The notes under the pieces were generated by a model. It saw nothing but the letters and a program-made list of their open reading frames with translations, had not been told where the DNA came from and did not search any database. From contig CM038999.1 in assembly GCA_017499595.2 (NCBI GenBank), forward strand, positions 1,302,001 to 1,366,000: 64,000 bases of DNA, in the 5' to 3' direction. Shown one piece after another: positions 11,638-23,366 of this stretch; position 1 is the stretch's first letter; every line of letters starts with the position of its first letter. Both the position numbers and the translations under genes were made by a program. Source of the DNA: Psilocybe cubensis (taxonomy: Eukaryota).

Positions 11638-11914
11638 TGTCAGGGTACGTATTGGTGCCACCCCTATCTGTTATCGTTATCTGTTACGGTCCCACGCTGT
11701 CATGCCTTGTTCTATCTTTGTGTTCGGTCCCACGTCTATCGTTCTCCTGTTTCATCTATTGATAGTTGTCATATGTTGAGTACTCTGGTCCGGGAAGTAG
11801 TTACTCCGGTCTCCATGTATATATAGGGTCCTGGGGTCAGTAGTCAGATCCCAGCTTCGATATCAACTTGGTCTTTGGGCATTCTTCTCTCTTGACTTAA
11901 GTCGATTCCTAACA
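11638..11914 (+). repeat. 3' LTR (277 bp)
   Basis: Direct repeat of 10332-10608 with two C/T differences (11669, 11777). Confidence 0.97.
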
Positions 11915-13823
11915 GCAGGCATCAAGAGTGGCGCGAATATACATACATAGTGCATACATTTTTGAAAGAGAAAGTATCCCAAATTTGGTGCAGAAAATCA
12001 GCACCTACGACTTCAAGAGCACAAGGTTTATGTTGCACAATTTTCTCCAATATTTTGAGATCTTTCCACTTGAACGCCCGTTTGAGCAGCAGTATGGTTT
12101 GCTGTTTACTAAAAGGTCGCTGATCATTGACTAAAATATCAACCCAGCGGAGATCTTCTATGGTCGGTGTGATAGATGGTGATTCCATTAACTTGCGCAG
12201 TCCATAAGATGGACCTCCTGCCTTATACAGCACACTTTCCACTTTGTCCTGTTTAATAAAAACAAGGACGGTACGCCGATAGTCTAAAATGATTGAGCCA
12301 ATGTCGGCGCACATTTTAAAGATATCGAGAACTTACAATATTCCATCTGAAAGAAAAATTGGTATTTGCAGATAAATCAAATCAAAAGACGCTCACAGTT
12401 TCTGCCGAACTATCATAGTTGTTCTCATCAGGTGCTATATTCTCAAATGATTTCTTTGGAATAACAAAATCATCGCCGAGATTGACAGTTCCAATGGAAA
12501 GCAAAGGCACACCATCTAAGCTGACGACTTCAGTGAGCCTAGTGGTGGTGCCGGATACTGCACCCATTGTCACATCATCATCTCCGTCCTCGTCCTCGTC
12601 GTCTTCGTCTTTGTCTTCATAGCCGTAAAAATCAAAATCATAAAACCGCTGCCGCTGCCGCTTCCTTCGATAGTAGTCACAACCACCATAAATACGTTCA
12701 GCCGTGCCGGATTTTGTGTGATTCAACTTCGCCAGAATCAGCTTAAAACCCATTTCCTCTGCAACAGGGAGAATTTGAGTAGCTTTACTGCGATCCACTC
12801 CACGGAGTGAATCCATGCCCCGCTTAAGGGTTTCCATGTCGTATTGATGGTGAAGAATGCAGGCCATCATATCGTTGTCTGAGCCTTCCTGATATTTCTT
12901 GTCTTTCCAGTTCTAAATAACTTGGCAAAGAAGCATCATCGGTGACATTGAAGGTAGGATGGGATACGGTAATCCAGAAGATTGATCATGTATGAGGCTG
13001 TAAGAGAGGGCCAAGCGATATCCAGAAGTCAATGGTTTGATTGCATGCTTGACGTCAGTGTACCAGGCAACAAGGGTAGTGGATTGCAGGGAGTCTCGAG
13101 AAAGATCAACGGATTTGGTGATGGTCATATGGGAGAAAACAACCTCTCCTCCACTGTGGAAAGAAGGGAGGAGAATGGTTGCAGATGCAAACGCCCCGAT
13201 TACTCTTTGGGTACTAGCAAGAAAAAAAAAAACAAATTAACCAATCAGCTTTGGTGGAGATGAAAATGAACCCTTACTCCTGACCGGGCGTAAAACATGC
13301 CGTCCTGTTGATTTGATGGGTTTTCAGCAGCATTTCAACGAAACTTGTCGATAGACATACGTGGATCCACTGTCAAATAACAACAATTTTTGTAGTTCCA
13401 TCTTAGGAGGATGAGCTCCTATCTTTACGCCTAAGGACTTGCAGACCTCTCGAGACAGCGTGTTGTCAACGTAATTTTTCCAACCAGTGTTACCGAAGGA
13501 TACCAGACGCGAATCAATTTCCCATGTATCTCGTACAGCTTGAGGAGCGACATTGCGCTTTCCTTTCCCTGATAATGCTGGTGCAGAGCAATTAGCGATA
13601 ATGGCTCCGGCATCACGGTTGGTTAAGGGTAAACCAACAAGTCCAAGTCCAGAAATAGACATGCAAGGGTTTAAAGCGTTAGCCAGAGTAGAGGCATGAT
13701 AAAAATTGCCTTCAAAAGCCGTGTTAGCCTCATTAGTGGCCTTCCAAAGCTCGTCCTGAAATTAAGAGATATGGAAAACCAATGAAAACCGTGACGTTCA
13801 CAAAAGAAAGCGAGACAGACCCG

Positions 13824-13915
13824 TAAGTCAGCACCTTGAGGTTGTGGTTCCATATTAAGTCAGCACCTTGAGGTTGTGGTTCCACGTAAGTCAGCACCTT
13901 GAGGTTGTGGTTCCA
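13824..13915. repeat. Three tandem copies of a 29-bp unit covering the start codon of the oxygenase-family gene
   Basis: TAAGTCAGCACCTTGAGGTTGTGGTTCCA at 13824-13852, 13856-13884 and 13887-13915. Confidence 0.95.
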
Positions 13916-14575
13916 TATCTTCTCTCTTCCAAGTTTGACCTAGACTGGTAAGTTGCGCGTCCAGGTAAAACTGGGAACGTGTCGAAGTTGTAACCTTGTG
14001 GTTGAATTTTCACTCATGACGCGTTCTGTCACAACACATGATTAGTTTCAACTTTTGGGTGCTAAGGTCACACAAGATGACTTCGGCGCATCGACAAACA
14101 ATCGTTTCCCAAAGTGAATGGCGTGCATCAGGACACACAACTGCGTAGACTTTGATTGAGTCCAAATCTGAAGTGAAATTATTCTAAGTGACAACAGGTG
14201 TGAATTCCGTCCAAGCGCTTGCCCACCGTGAGACATTCTAAAAATGCCCATTGTTTGCCGAGTTTTGCCGTCTTGTTGAGCAGTGTTGAGCCCACAACTT
14301 GGTTATAACTTCGACTTGCTTCACTGTTTGATGGCCCTTCCTTGTACACAGGAATACGCATCTGTATCTGCATTACAGTCTTGTATCTTATTCATTATCG
14401 CCAGTACAGACTCCTACGGATCAGTGCCTCATTTTCGCCCAAAAGCTCGAGAACAATCTGACGTGCATACATGGCGCATGGGCATCTCCTGGTGTTCTAG
14501 TTAAAATTTAAGTAAGTTGTCCGTTCGTATCTCCATCAACAAATGGTAGTATAACGCTGAAGCCGTTGCTAATGG

Positions 14576-15577
14576 TTACAGCAGAAAAGCCAACGCTGCT
14601 GAGAGGCCGGCGAACACTGGACCAGTCATCCCGGTCCCCTTGAACGACAATGCGCCAGATGAATTTGGTTTAGTCGCCACAAATTCTCCAGACTGCGCTG
14701 TCTCGGATATGCCAGGGACATCTTGTCCGTCTAGGACAGATAGTGTCAGACGCACTTTCATACAATCTGGCTATCTTTTTTAGACTTACCCACGAACGAT
14801 GCACCGCATGTGTCTGTGATAGGAGTCTGTGCCAGGTTAAGGAGATTGGCGTTTGGAAACACCTTTGCTGCAATGATATATGCTTGCTTGATGCACCCCG
14901 TGCATGCGATATTCTTGTAATCTGAATCTGCGAGCGTCTTCACCTTGCCCAGCAAGGTCGGCAAGTCCAGGTCTCCCTTATTGATAGTACCGACGATCGA
15001 CTGGAGTGCAAACAGTGACTCTGGCACGCATAGTTCATTTGCATTGTCACTAAAGAAGGACAATTCCGTGGTCAGTCATCATAATCTGCACCTCGCATGC
15101 CACCAAACTTACTCTTTCAAACAGGCAATCTGTCGAACAGTCGGGTAATACTGCAATACCAGGCCCTGAATGACATCGGGAGTGAATCCAGCGCTGGACG
15201 CGCCGTACTTGTTCAAGTCTTCTGAGCACCCAGTCGTTATATTGGACACAACGTCGGAAAGCGATGAGTTAGTGCAAGATCCCGACGCGCACAATCCCGT
15301 CAACCAGGAGTTGGCAACCTCTGGGATCGTTTTGTTGCCCGCGAGAGCGTTTAGGGTCAGAGTGCCGAGGTTCAAGCACCCCGCCGAAGGAGACGACAAT
15401 AATGTCTGGAGGGTATTCTTGCAAGACGATGATAAAAAGTCTAGGACACTATCGCAAGCCATCAGTCTCAAATCTAATCAGCTCAATTCTTGCAAACGGC
15501 GCACACCTTCCTGCAGACACAGCACTAGTTCCTAGGATTGCTACTGTCATAAATATAGAGGTTTTTCGTAACATCAT
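14576..15577 (-). CDS. Secreted Cys-rich, probably GPI-anchored cell-surface protein (paralog 1)
   Basis: Signal peptide MMLRKTSIFMTVAILGTSAVSA; YYPTVRQIACLK and CTGCIKQAY motifs; hydrophobic C-terminus FAGLSAALAFLL; 4 exons. Confidence 0.8.
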
Positions 15578-16434
15578 GCAGAAAGTAAATGAGGTCGAGA
15601 GCTTCTTGAATTAGGGGATTAAAAAGGACTGCACAGTGAGTCTCAAAAAATCTTTGTCTGCAATTTATACCCTTCACTTATCATGATATCAGTGCAACGA
15701 GTTGATGTCCCTCTCAATATATCGGCCATTATTCCAGGACATCGCAGCACCCCACGGTCTTGCTCTGCCGCACATAGACAAAGTATTCTTTGCTGTCACA
15801 GCCTCATTGTTGTCGAGTCGGGGTGTAGTAACCGTTTCCCGTCTAAACTTCTCGCCTATGCAAATAATGACGGGTTGACAAAGGGATTATAAGCCCTTGG
15901 TGTAAGAGTTTTTTTTTTGGAAAACACAATGACTGGACCTCCCTTTAACGCCCCCTCGAGGCCCAACAATCTCGTCTGCGCCTACAAATATATGACGGAA
16001 GGTTCTCAGCCTTCATTCGGTAACTTTCTTCTCAATATCCATGCAATGCAGTAGTTATGTGATATCATCGAGGTGCTTAAATATATGCACTTTGACGTAT
16101 CAATAATCATTGACGGTAGTTGACTGAGATGCATTGTAGTATCGCTTTAAATATAGCAAGGAGTACGGGAAACGGGAAAGGCGAGGCTTATGAATTGAGT
16201 CATAGCAATGCAAAAATAGCTGTATAAGATACGAAATTTCATTCTTTAACATAGTATACACCTAACTGCAAGCGCCCGCCGTGAGTTCCAAGTTATATCA
16301 AATTGGTATTTCCAAGACAAGAAAAAGTCCCGTAGATTAGATATATATAGGTCCATCCTCGTACATGATATGTCAGTAAGATATTCAACCGTAAAGCTAC
16401 AAAGCAAAATCATTACGAGGCTAACATAAGGCTT

Positions 16435-17405
16435 TTAAGCCAAGATGGCGAAAAAGCTTGAAATAATGATGGCAGCAGAAGCGCCGAGTCCAGCAAGGGC
16501 ACCACGGGAAGAGGCAAAGCCAAGAGCACCACTGTTGTTGTTGCTGTTTTGGCTACCGGGAGTAGCAGTAGCAGAGTTTGCGGATTGGAGAATGCCAGCA
16601 GGGGTTTGACCGTCTTATTAAAAGAATCAGCGTCAATGATGACGTTACAAAATTAAGAGAAGCAAGTAATTTACCTGTGAAAGAAGCCCCACACTGCTGG
16701 TTAAGGTCAGCATCAGCGTCAGACACGAGGGAAGGAAGGTCGGTCTTGATGACGTTGTATGCAGCCTTGATGCAGTTTGTGCAAGTAATGGCGGGGTCGG
16801 TCAGGTTAGCAGTAGCAGCAATAGTGGTGATATTTTCAAGGGTAATGGGAGAGCCAGAGGCTTTTTCAACGTTAGTGAGTGTTTGAGTTATGCAGTTCGT
16901 ATTTCCACTGCAATGATAAATATAAAGTCAAAACCGGCGACAAACGACCGTTTTGTGAGAAACGCACTCTTTAAGACAGACGACCTTCCTAACTGTGGGA
17001 TAATATTGTTGAATAATGCCAGTGATGCTGGGAGTGAGACTTGCAGAAAAACCAAGGGGGGCTAGGTCAGAGGCACATCCCGTGGTGACATTTTGGACAA
17101 CTGCTGAAATTGTGGCAGAAGAGCAAGCGGGGGCGGCGCAAAGGCTGGTAAGCCACTGGTTGATTGGGTCGATAATGGAGCTCGACGAGGAAGTAGCCGC
17201 CAGGGCTACGAGTGATCCTGGGCTCAAGCAGGCAGCTGCATCTGGGTTAGCGGCCACGCCAGTAATGGCAGATTGGCATCCGGACGAAATGGAAGGGATC
17301 CTGAGAATGATGTATGAGCAAACTGAACAGGCTAAGTTTGGAACGGACATACGACTGGGCAGAAACGTAGGAAACGAGAGCAGCGAAAGCAATTGAGCGA
17401 ATCAT
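16435..17405 (-). CDS. Secreted Cys-rich, probably GPI-anchored cell-surface protein (paralog 2)
   Basis: Signal peptide MIRSIAFAALVSYVSAQS; YYPTVRKVVCLK and CTNCIKAAY motifs; C-terminus NSGALGF...AIIISSFFAILA; same intron layout as paralog 1. Confidence 0.85.
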
Positions 17406-18102
17406 GATGGTGGGGAGAGAAAGAAAGAATATGGAGCGTCCTGTTGTCCTTTGCAACCGTTTTACTACATTCAGAGACACGTGAAGCGGCATCACCTTGC
17501 CGCTTATATCGGTCCACCTTTGTTATTCCGAGTCCCTTGGCCAGCATCAGCCAAGAAACCCCGCATAACAATACATGCCGTCGCAGTGCAGTGTTGTGGG
17601 CGCCCTCTTGTCAAAAGTAGCTTTGGTAATACCAGTTGCGATACTTTGATTGCCATCATTACGCCGAAAAGACCGGACAGTACACCTCAAACACTTCAAG
17701 TACTCTTATAAGTACTGCGGATGACCAGAGATCCGCAGAGAATATGTAGAAATACAACAACTTCCGGCGCCAATGTATATTACTTGAACTACCGTAAGAT
17801 TAACCTACTTTCGACTCTGACCCTAAAAATAGGACAGCATTAGAAGTCTGGTCCTACACAATCTGTCATTTTAAAGAGACGCCTTTCACGTAACTATCCA
17901 TCACTGATCATGGTGGACTTCAGGACTATTCTCAAAGTCGAAGATCATTCACGGTCCCAACGCTCTCTCAAGGATATATTCACTGGCCTTGTAGAAGAGT
18001 GTGTCATGGTTCTCGGTCTTGGGTGCATACTGATAGAATTGTAGACCAAAGCAATACCCATGCAGAAAAAATCGCCGTCATTACTTTCTGGTTTTCGAAT
18101 CA

Positions 18103-19366
18103 GTGTCTGCAGCAGAACACGCCTTTTCCCACAAGCGCAACTTCGAGGATGTCTCTGTCTTACTGGTGAATTCTTGTTCTATGTTGATCGACCAATGTAA
18201 GGCAGATGTGCATTTGGATCGAAGCTCTAGAACGACCGAGGAGCATCCTGAACATGGAATTGCAGCAAAGATTGGCGCTGACCCTACTGGAACGTTCAAT
18301 CCCTCTTCATATATCACGCCGTCAGGATCTTTTTGCAGGGAATTGGAATCCCCTAAAAGTCAAAATGACCGAATATATGCGCATTCTAGCTCTTGTGATG
18401 CGCAAAATGATCTCCCTTCATATGGAAGAAGGGTGCGCACATTCCCTGACAATGTCGCATTGTCTGTCCAAGACACCGCAACCATAGGAATCCCTCTGCG
18501 TCATCATTCACTGGATACTAGTCTGGCCAGAGGTTCACGTTCAGGACCAGGAATTTCTCTACTTCCAAATGGACCAACAGTTGCGACTCCTTTGACTTGT
18601 GACTCGCGGATTTATTTGAGTCTATGCGGCGAGATTATTGCCTACGACTTGAACTCTGAGCCTTCAAACCCACAGGTTGTCATCGAACTTCTCAGAGCAA
18701 CTAAAAGTGAACGAGGAAACTATATGATAGCTGGAGCCTTCTATCGCCGTATGGGACATCCTCAAAGCGCGAAAGCAGTATTGCTCTCGATGCTTGAAGG
18801 TACATACACGATACTAGAAATATTGTGACAAATACTGACAACACGCAGAGTTCTCAGGTACAATTGACTCTGAATTCCTTCGACCCGCATATCTTCTATT
18901 GTCCGGATGCGAACTCGATATAGCCAGGGTAAACAAAGCGGCTAACACAGATGCATCTGTGCAGTACGCAGCGGCCCAGACATGGTTGCAAAAGGTTTTT
19001 GGGAAGTCAAGATCTCGTGATGTCTCATCTGGACAAAAAGAAAACCGACAAGAATTGGGAGCGGCGAGAAGCGCCGCAGATAACCGAATGTGTACATGCG
19101 GTGGAGAATATAAAAATCCAAAGTTTCGAGGACAGATCAATATCATGGAGCGCGAAATTCAATGCCTCAGAGATCGGAATACAAATCAACAGAAACAGCT
19201 GTCCAATTTGCGGTCGTTGAAGCGCAAACTGGAGGACGATGTCTTCTATGAGAGGGATATGCGTCGCAAGTATCAACGCCAATTGGAGGATTTGGAAAGA
19301 ATATATCCGCGAGAGAGGGAGGCGCATGTATTGGAACTAGCCTCGGGGCACGTAGACAGAGCATGA
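18103..19366 (+). CDS. Hypothetical protein with C-terminal coiled coil (start uncertain)
   Basis: ORFs 18103-18828 and 18899-19366 are joined by an intron at ~18800-18849. Helical motif IELLRATKSERGNYMIAGAFYRR and an EREIQCLRDRN...KRKLE coiled coil. Confidence 0.6.
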
Positions 19367-19586
19367 TTAGGGAACACATCGCTAAATCAAATTCCCAGAA
19401 AGGAGTGCCTCCTGCTAAATTGAGCGACTATACAGTTACTCCGGCAAACGCCGGAGCCTCAAACCTTGATTTTGTGTGTACACAACAAGTACAAACAGTA
19501 GCTCGCGAGGTGAGATTGCCTGAGCTCGTCGTCGAACCACCTCTAACGATTTTGACAGTAGGCCCCGCCGTCACCTCAAGAAAAAA

Positions 19587-20651
<1,065 letters not shown>

Positions 20652-23350
20652 TAACGCTCTATGCTCTCTTGTCTGTAAGTACCTATGCTAAACCGATATG
20701 CCCATTTCCTCGCATCAAAATATAAACAATCCTCGCTGCAAGACACAAGTGGTTGAAGAGGAATTAGAAGGTCCTCGTAAAGCATCATAAAGGGGTCTTT
20801 CTTCATTTGGAAACTTCTAGAGTATCTGCTGTATATTGGCTCCTTTATGCCTCCCGCCTGTTTAGCGTATGGGGGAGCATTGCTTTGTTTAGACCAGCCA
20901 CCAGCTGTTACTCAATCTTTGACGGCTCTCCGGCATTTTTACTTGCGAAACCCCCATGCGAATCAGAGCGTCATACGTTTCTGTGGGTGTAAGGATCTTC
21001 TTCCATCACTCGGCTCTACAAAAAGCGCATTCTCTTTTCTCGATAGTTCCTGGTCATTCCAGCTCCACAGCCTTAACAGAGCAATCGAACAAGCTAAAAC
21101 TCTGAAAATGGGGTCCAGGCCGTAGATCTGACTAGTTTTTATCACCCTTCATTCTATCCTGCCATGATGCTCGCGCTGCAGATGCGTATAATGATGATGG
21201 CTAGGGCCTGTGGCGCCTCTGATACACACATATGGCTTAGAGGCGCTCTTCGTTCACTAGCACATAACTTAGACTAATCGTCTAGACTTGGTTCAGAGAG
21301 GGAGCCATCCAGTTGTCTATGTCAGCGCCAATCCCAAAGTTGTACATATACTCATGATTGGTGATTCTCCACCTGATCAGACGGTACAAGCAACCTTAGG
21401 GACAATCTTTCCTCGGATCAACGAGTCCGACTTCTGTACGAAGGGCAAATATTGGCTCACGGTTCAAACGTTCACATGCTATGCCAATACGTAGTTCGCG
21501 CCTTACCATGAACGTGTGTAGTGGGGTTAGGTCTTTTTCGTGACTTGACTCGGTTGAGGAAGGGATAATGTGGTGGCCGTATGGTTAGGTTAGTTTAAGA
21601 GAAATTGAACGCCTCTGACAGGAATCGATGACTCGTATATTTCGTCAACGAAATGAATCCAAAGCGCCGCATATGGATATGTGATATGTATCTCACGCGA
21701 AAGCCCCCCACCACATTATATTCAATATTGTCCACACACACAACACACTGTACCTGGATGGCTTTCGCCAGTCAAACTTACGTACATGCCCAGGAACAAA
21801 TGTGCAGGTCTATATGAGGATTCGCTATTGAAATTGCTGAATTCAATTGAAATTGTACAATTGAAAGAACCGTACAGAACCGTACATAATTAATTTCAAA
21901 AGTCGGGCGGGCGGGAGCATCGTACCGGCATGATTCATTCGTACCGTCGTGCCTTATACGGTTACGCGTCTATTCTAAGATGAGCGGTATGCACATATAG
22001 CGATAAAGACTTGCAACGGAATGAAGCACGGGCGTGAGGTGAGGAATGAAGCACGTTTCAGTGATTGCACCGGGGCCTTTCACGGCCACTTAGACGCTGA
22101 CCGGGCGGGGTCACACAACAGACTCAATTTTTCGGGCACGCCGCTCTGTGCGCCAGCCATGCACCGCCCCATCTATGTGACCGTTGTCGTTCCTGCAAAC
22201 AAACCAACAGACGGTACGGTACTACGGTCATGAGTCTCGATTCGTGATTGCTGTCGTCAAAATGGTACTACCGTACCGTACCACGGCGGCAGACACTCCG
22301 TTTCGCCCACGCGCTGACGATAAGTAATCCGAATTACTGTACTTTATCTGGGATACCGCCTTGCCGCATCAGAAAGTCGCCCTCGAACAGGTTAAATTGC
22401 GACTGTATGATTTTCCTTTCTGCCGCAGCTACTTAGCCAGCCATTGCCCAGCCATGCTGGGTAGGGTTTATCAGTACACGACATCATCGATCGTGCACCT
22501 ACTTGATACTACTTCGGGCCCTCAAGGCCTCGCGCTTCATCTTCAGCTCCAATGGTGTAGAAAATCGAACGGCTTAGTTGGTCACAGCCATTAGGTCAAA
22601 CTTTCAAAAACTGTCAAATCCCAACCGAGAAAAAACTGAGTCATACGCACAATGAGAAATATATTATGAATACCTATTACGCTTTGTCCGCTCTCGTTCC
22701 TATGCAAGTGCACCACATGCAAACATGACAAGTCGACTTTCTATCTGTCTACTGGTCGGTAAATATCGTATCTTACTAAGTCAGTGCCCACGAAACAACG
22801 TTAGTCATAAGTATAACCGAGAAACAAAACAATGGTAAAAATCGAGGCGGTACCATAACAGTTGTTAGTCAACGCTCAAAGATTTTACCAACGCAACGCC
22901 ATGACATGACGTCTGTTCAACGTTTCCTTTTTGTTAATTTTGGTTGCAATTTGAGTCAGATGCACTTTTTTTTCGTCACACAGTTTCGTAGTTGATTCTT
23001 TCCAGGATTGGACTTCAGGGTCCTTTCTTTCTTTTCATTAGAGACACAAGCACAGTGGATTACAACAACAGCAGCGTGAATAGGCGAGAGAGAGATAGAG
23101 AGAGAAAAAGAGAATTGGGATGGGATTGTAACAAAAAATATAAAAGTAGGGAATATGAAGAAAGAAAAAAGAGAAAATAGAGATGCAGCCAGGTATAGAA
23201 GATGAAGAGCGGGATGGAGGGGAATAGGTGATATGCAGATTGAAATATAAGTGAGGAGGAGAAAAAATAACTTGAAGAAACTTGGATTGAATGTTGTGTG
23301 ATGTGATGTGATGATGAATGATGAATGGATGATGACGATGAAGGTAGGCG

Positions 23351-23366
23351 GTGTGTGTGTGTGTGT
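23351..23366. repeat. (GT)8 microsatellite within a low-complexity purine-rich tract
   Basis: Read directly; neighbouring GATGT/ATGA/GA short repeats at 23085-23400. Confidence 0.85.

Larger units (their letters stand above)
10332..11914 (+). mobile_element. Non-autonomous LTR retrotransposon (1,583 bp; TRIM-like, Ty3/Gypsy Tf1-type cis signals) carrying a single KH-domain ORF
   Basis: Two 277-bp direct repeats with TGT...ACA ends, 5-bp TSD, PBS-position 11-mer, PPT next to the 3' LTR. No RT, RNase H, integrase or protease sequence is present. Confidence 0.95.
8470..13853 (-). pseudogene. 2OG-Fe(II) oxygenase-domain family gene, disrupted (two in-frame stops, one frameshift, LTR element in an intron)
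   Basis: Motifs NPCMSISGLGLVGLPL, RDTWEID, LPSFHSGGEVVFSH, AWYTDVKHAIKPLTSGYRLALSYSL and C-terminal GCGCxxC...H. In-frame TAG at 12913-12915, in-frame TGA at 10049-10051, frameshift near 9400. Confidence 0.8.

Noticed and set aside
10720..11762. Overlapping ORFs 10720-11412 (-), 11090-11488 (-), 10746-11072 (+) and 11115-11762 (+) as extra element genes
   Set aside because: Shadow frames of the GC-rich KH ORF with no motifs; 11115-11762 runs into the 3' LTR.
10332..11914. Autonomous retrotransposon or simple segmental duplication
   Set aside because: It is too short and has no pol motifs, so it is not autonomous. TSD, TG...CA ends, PBS and PPT exclude a plain duplication.
13824..13915. CRISPR-like array (three identical 29-bp repeats)
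   Set aside because: Only 2-3 nt separate the repeats, so there are no spacers. The context is eukaryotic with no cas genes; it is a tandem duplication of a start-codon region.
21510..21640. tRNA-like D-arm motif (GTGGCCGTATGGTTAGG)
   Set aside because: No T-loop (GTTCRA) or acceptor-stem pairing downstream.
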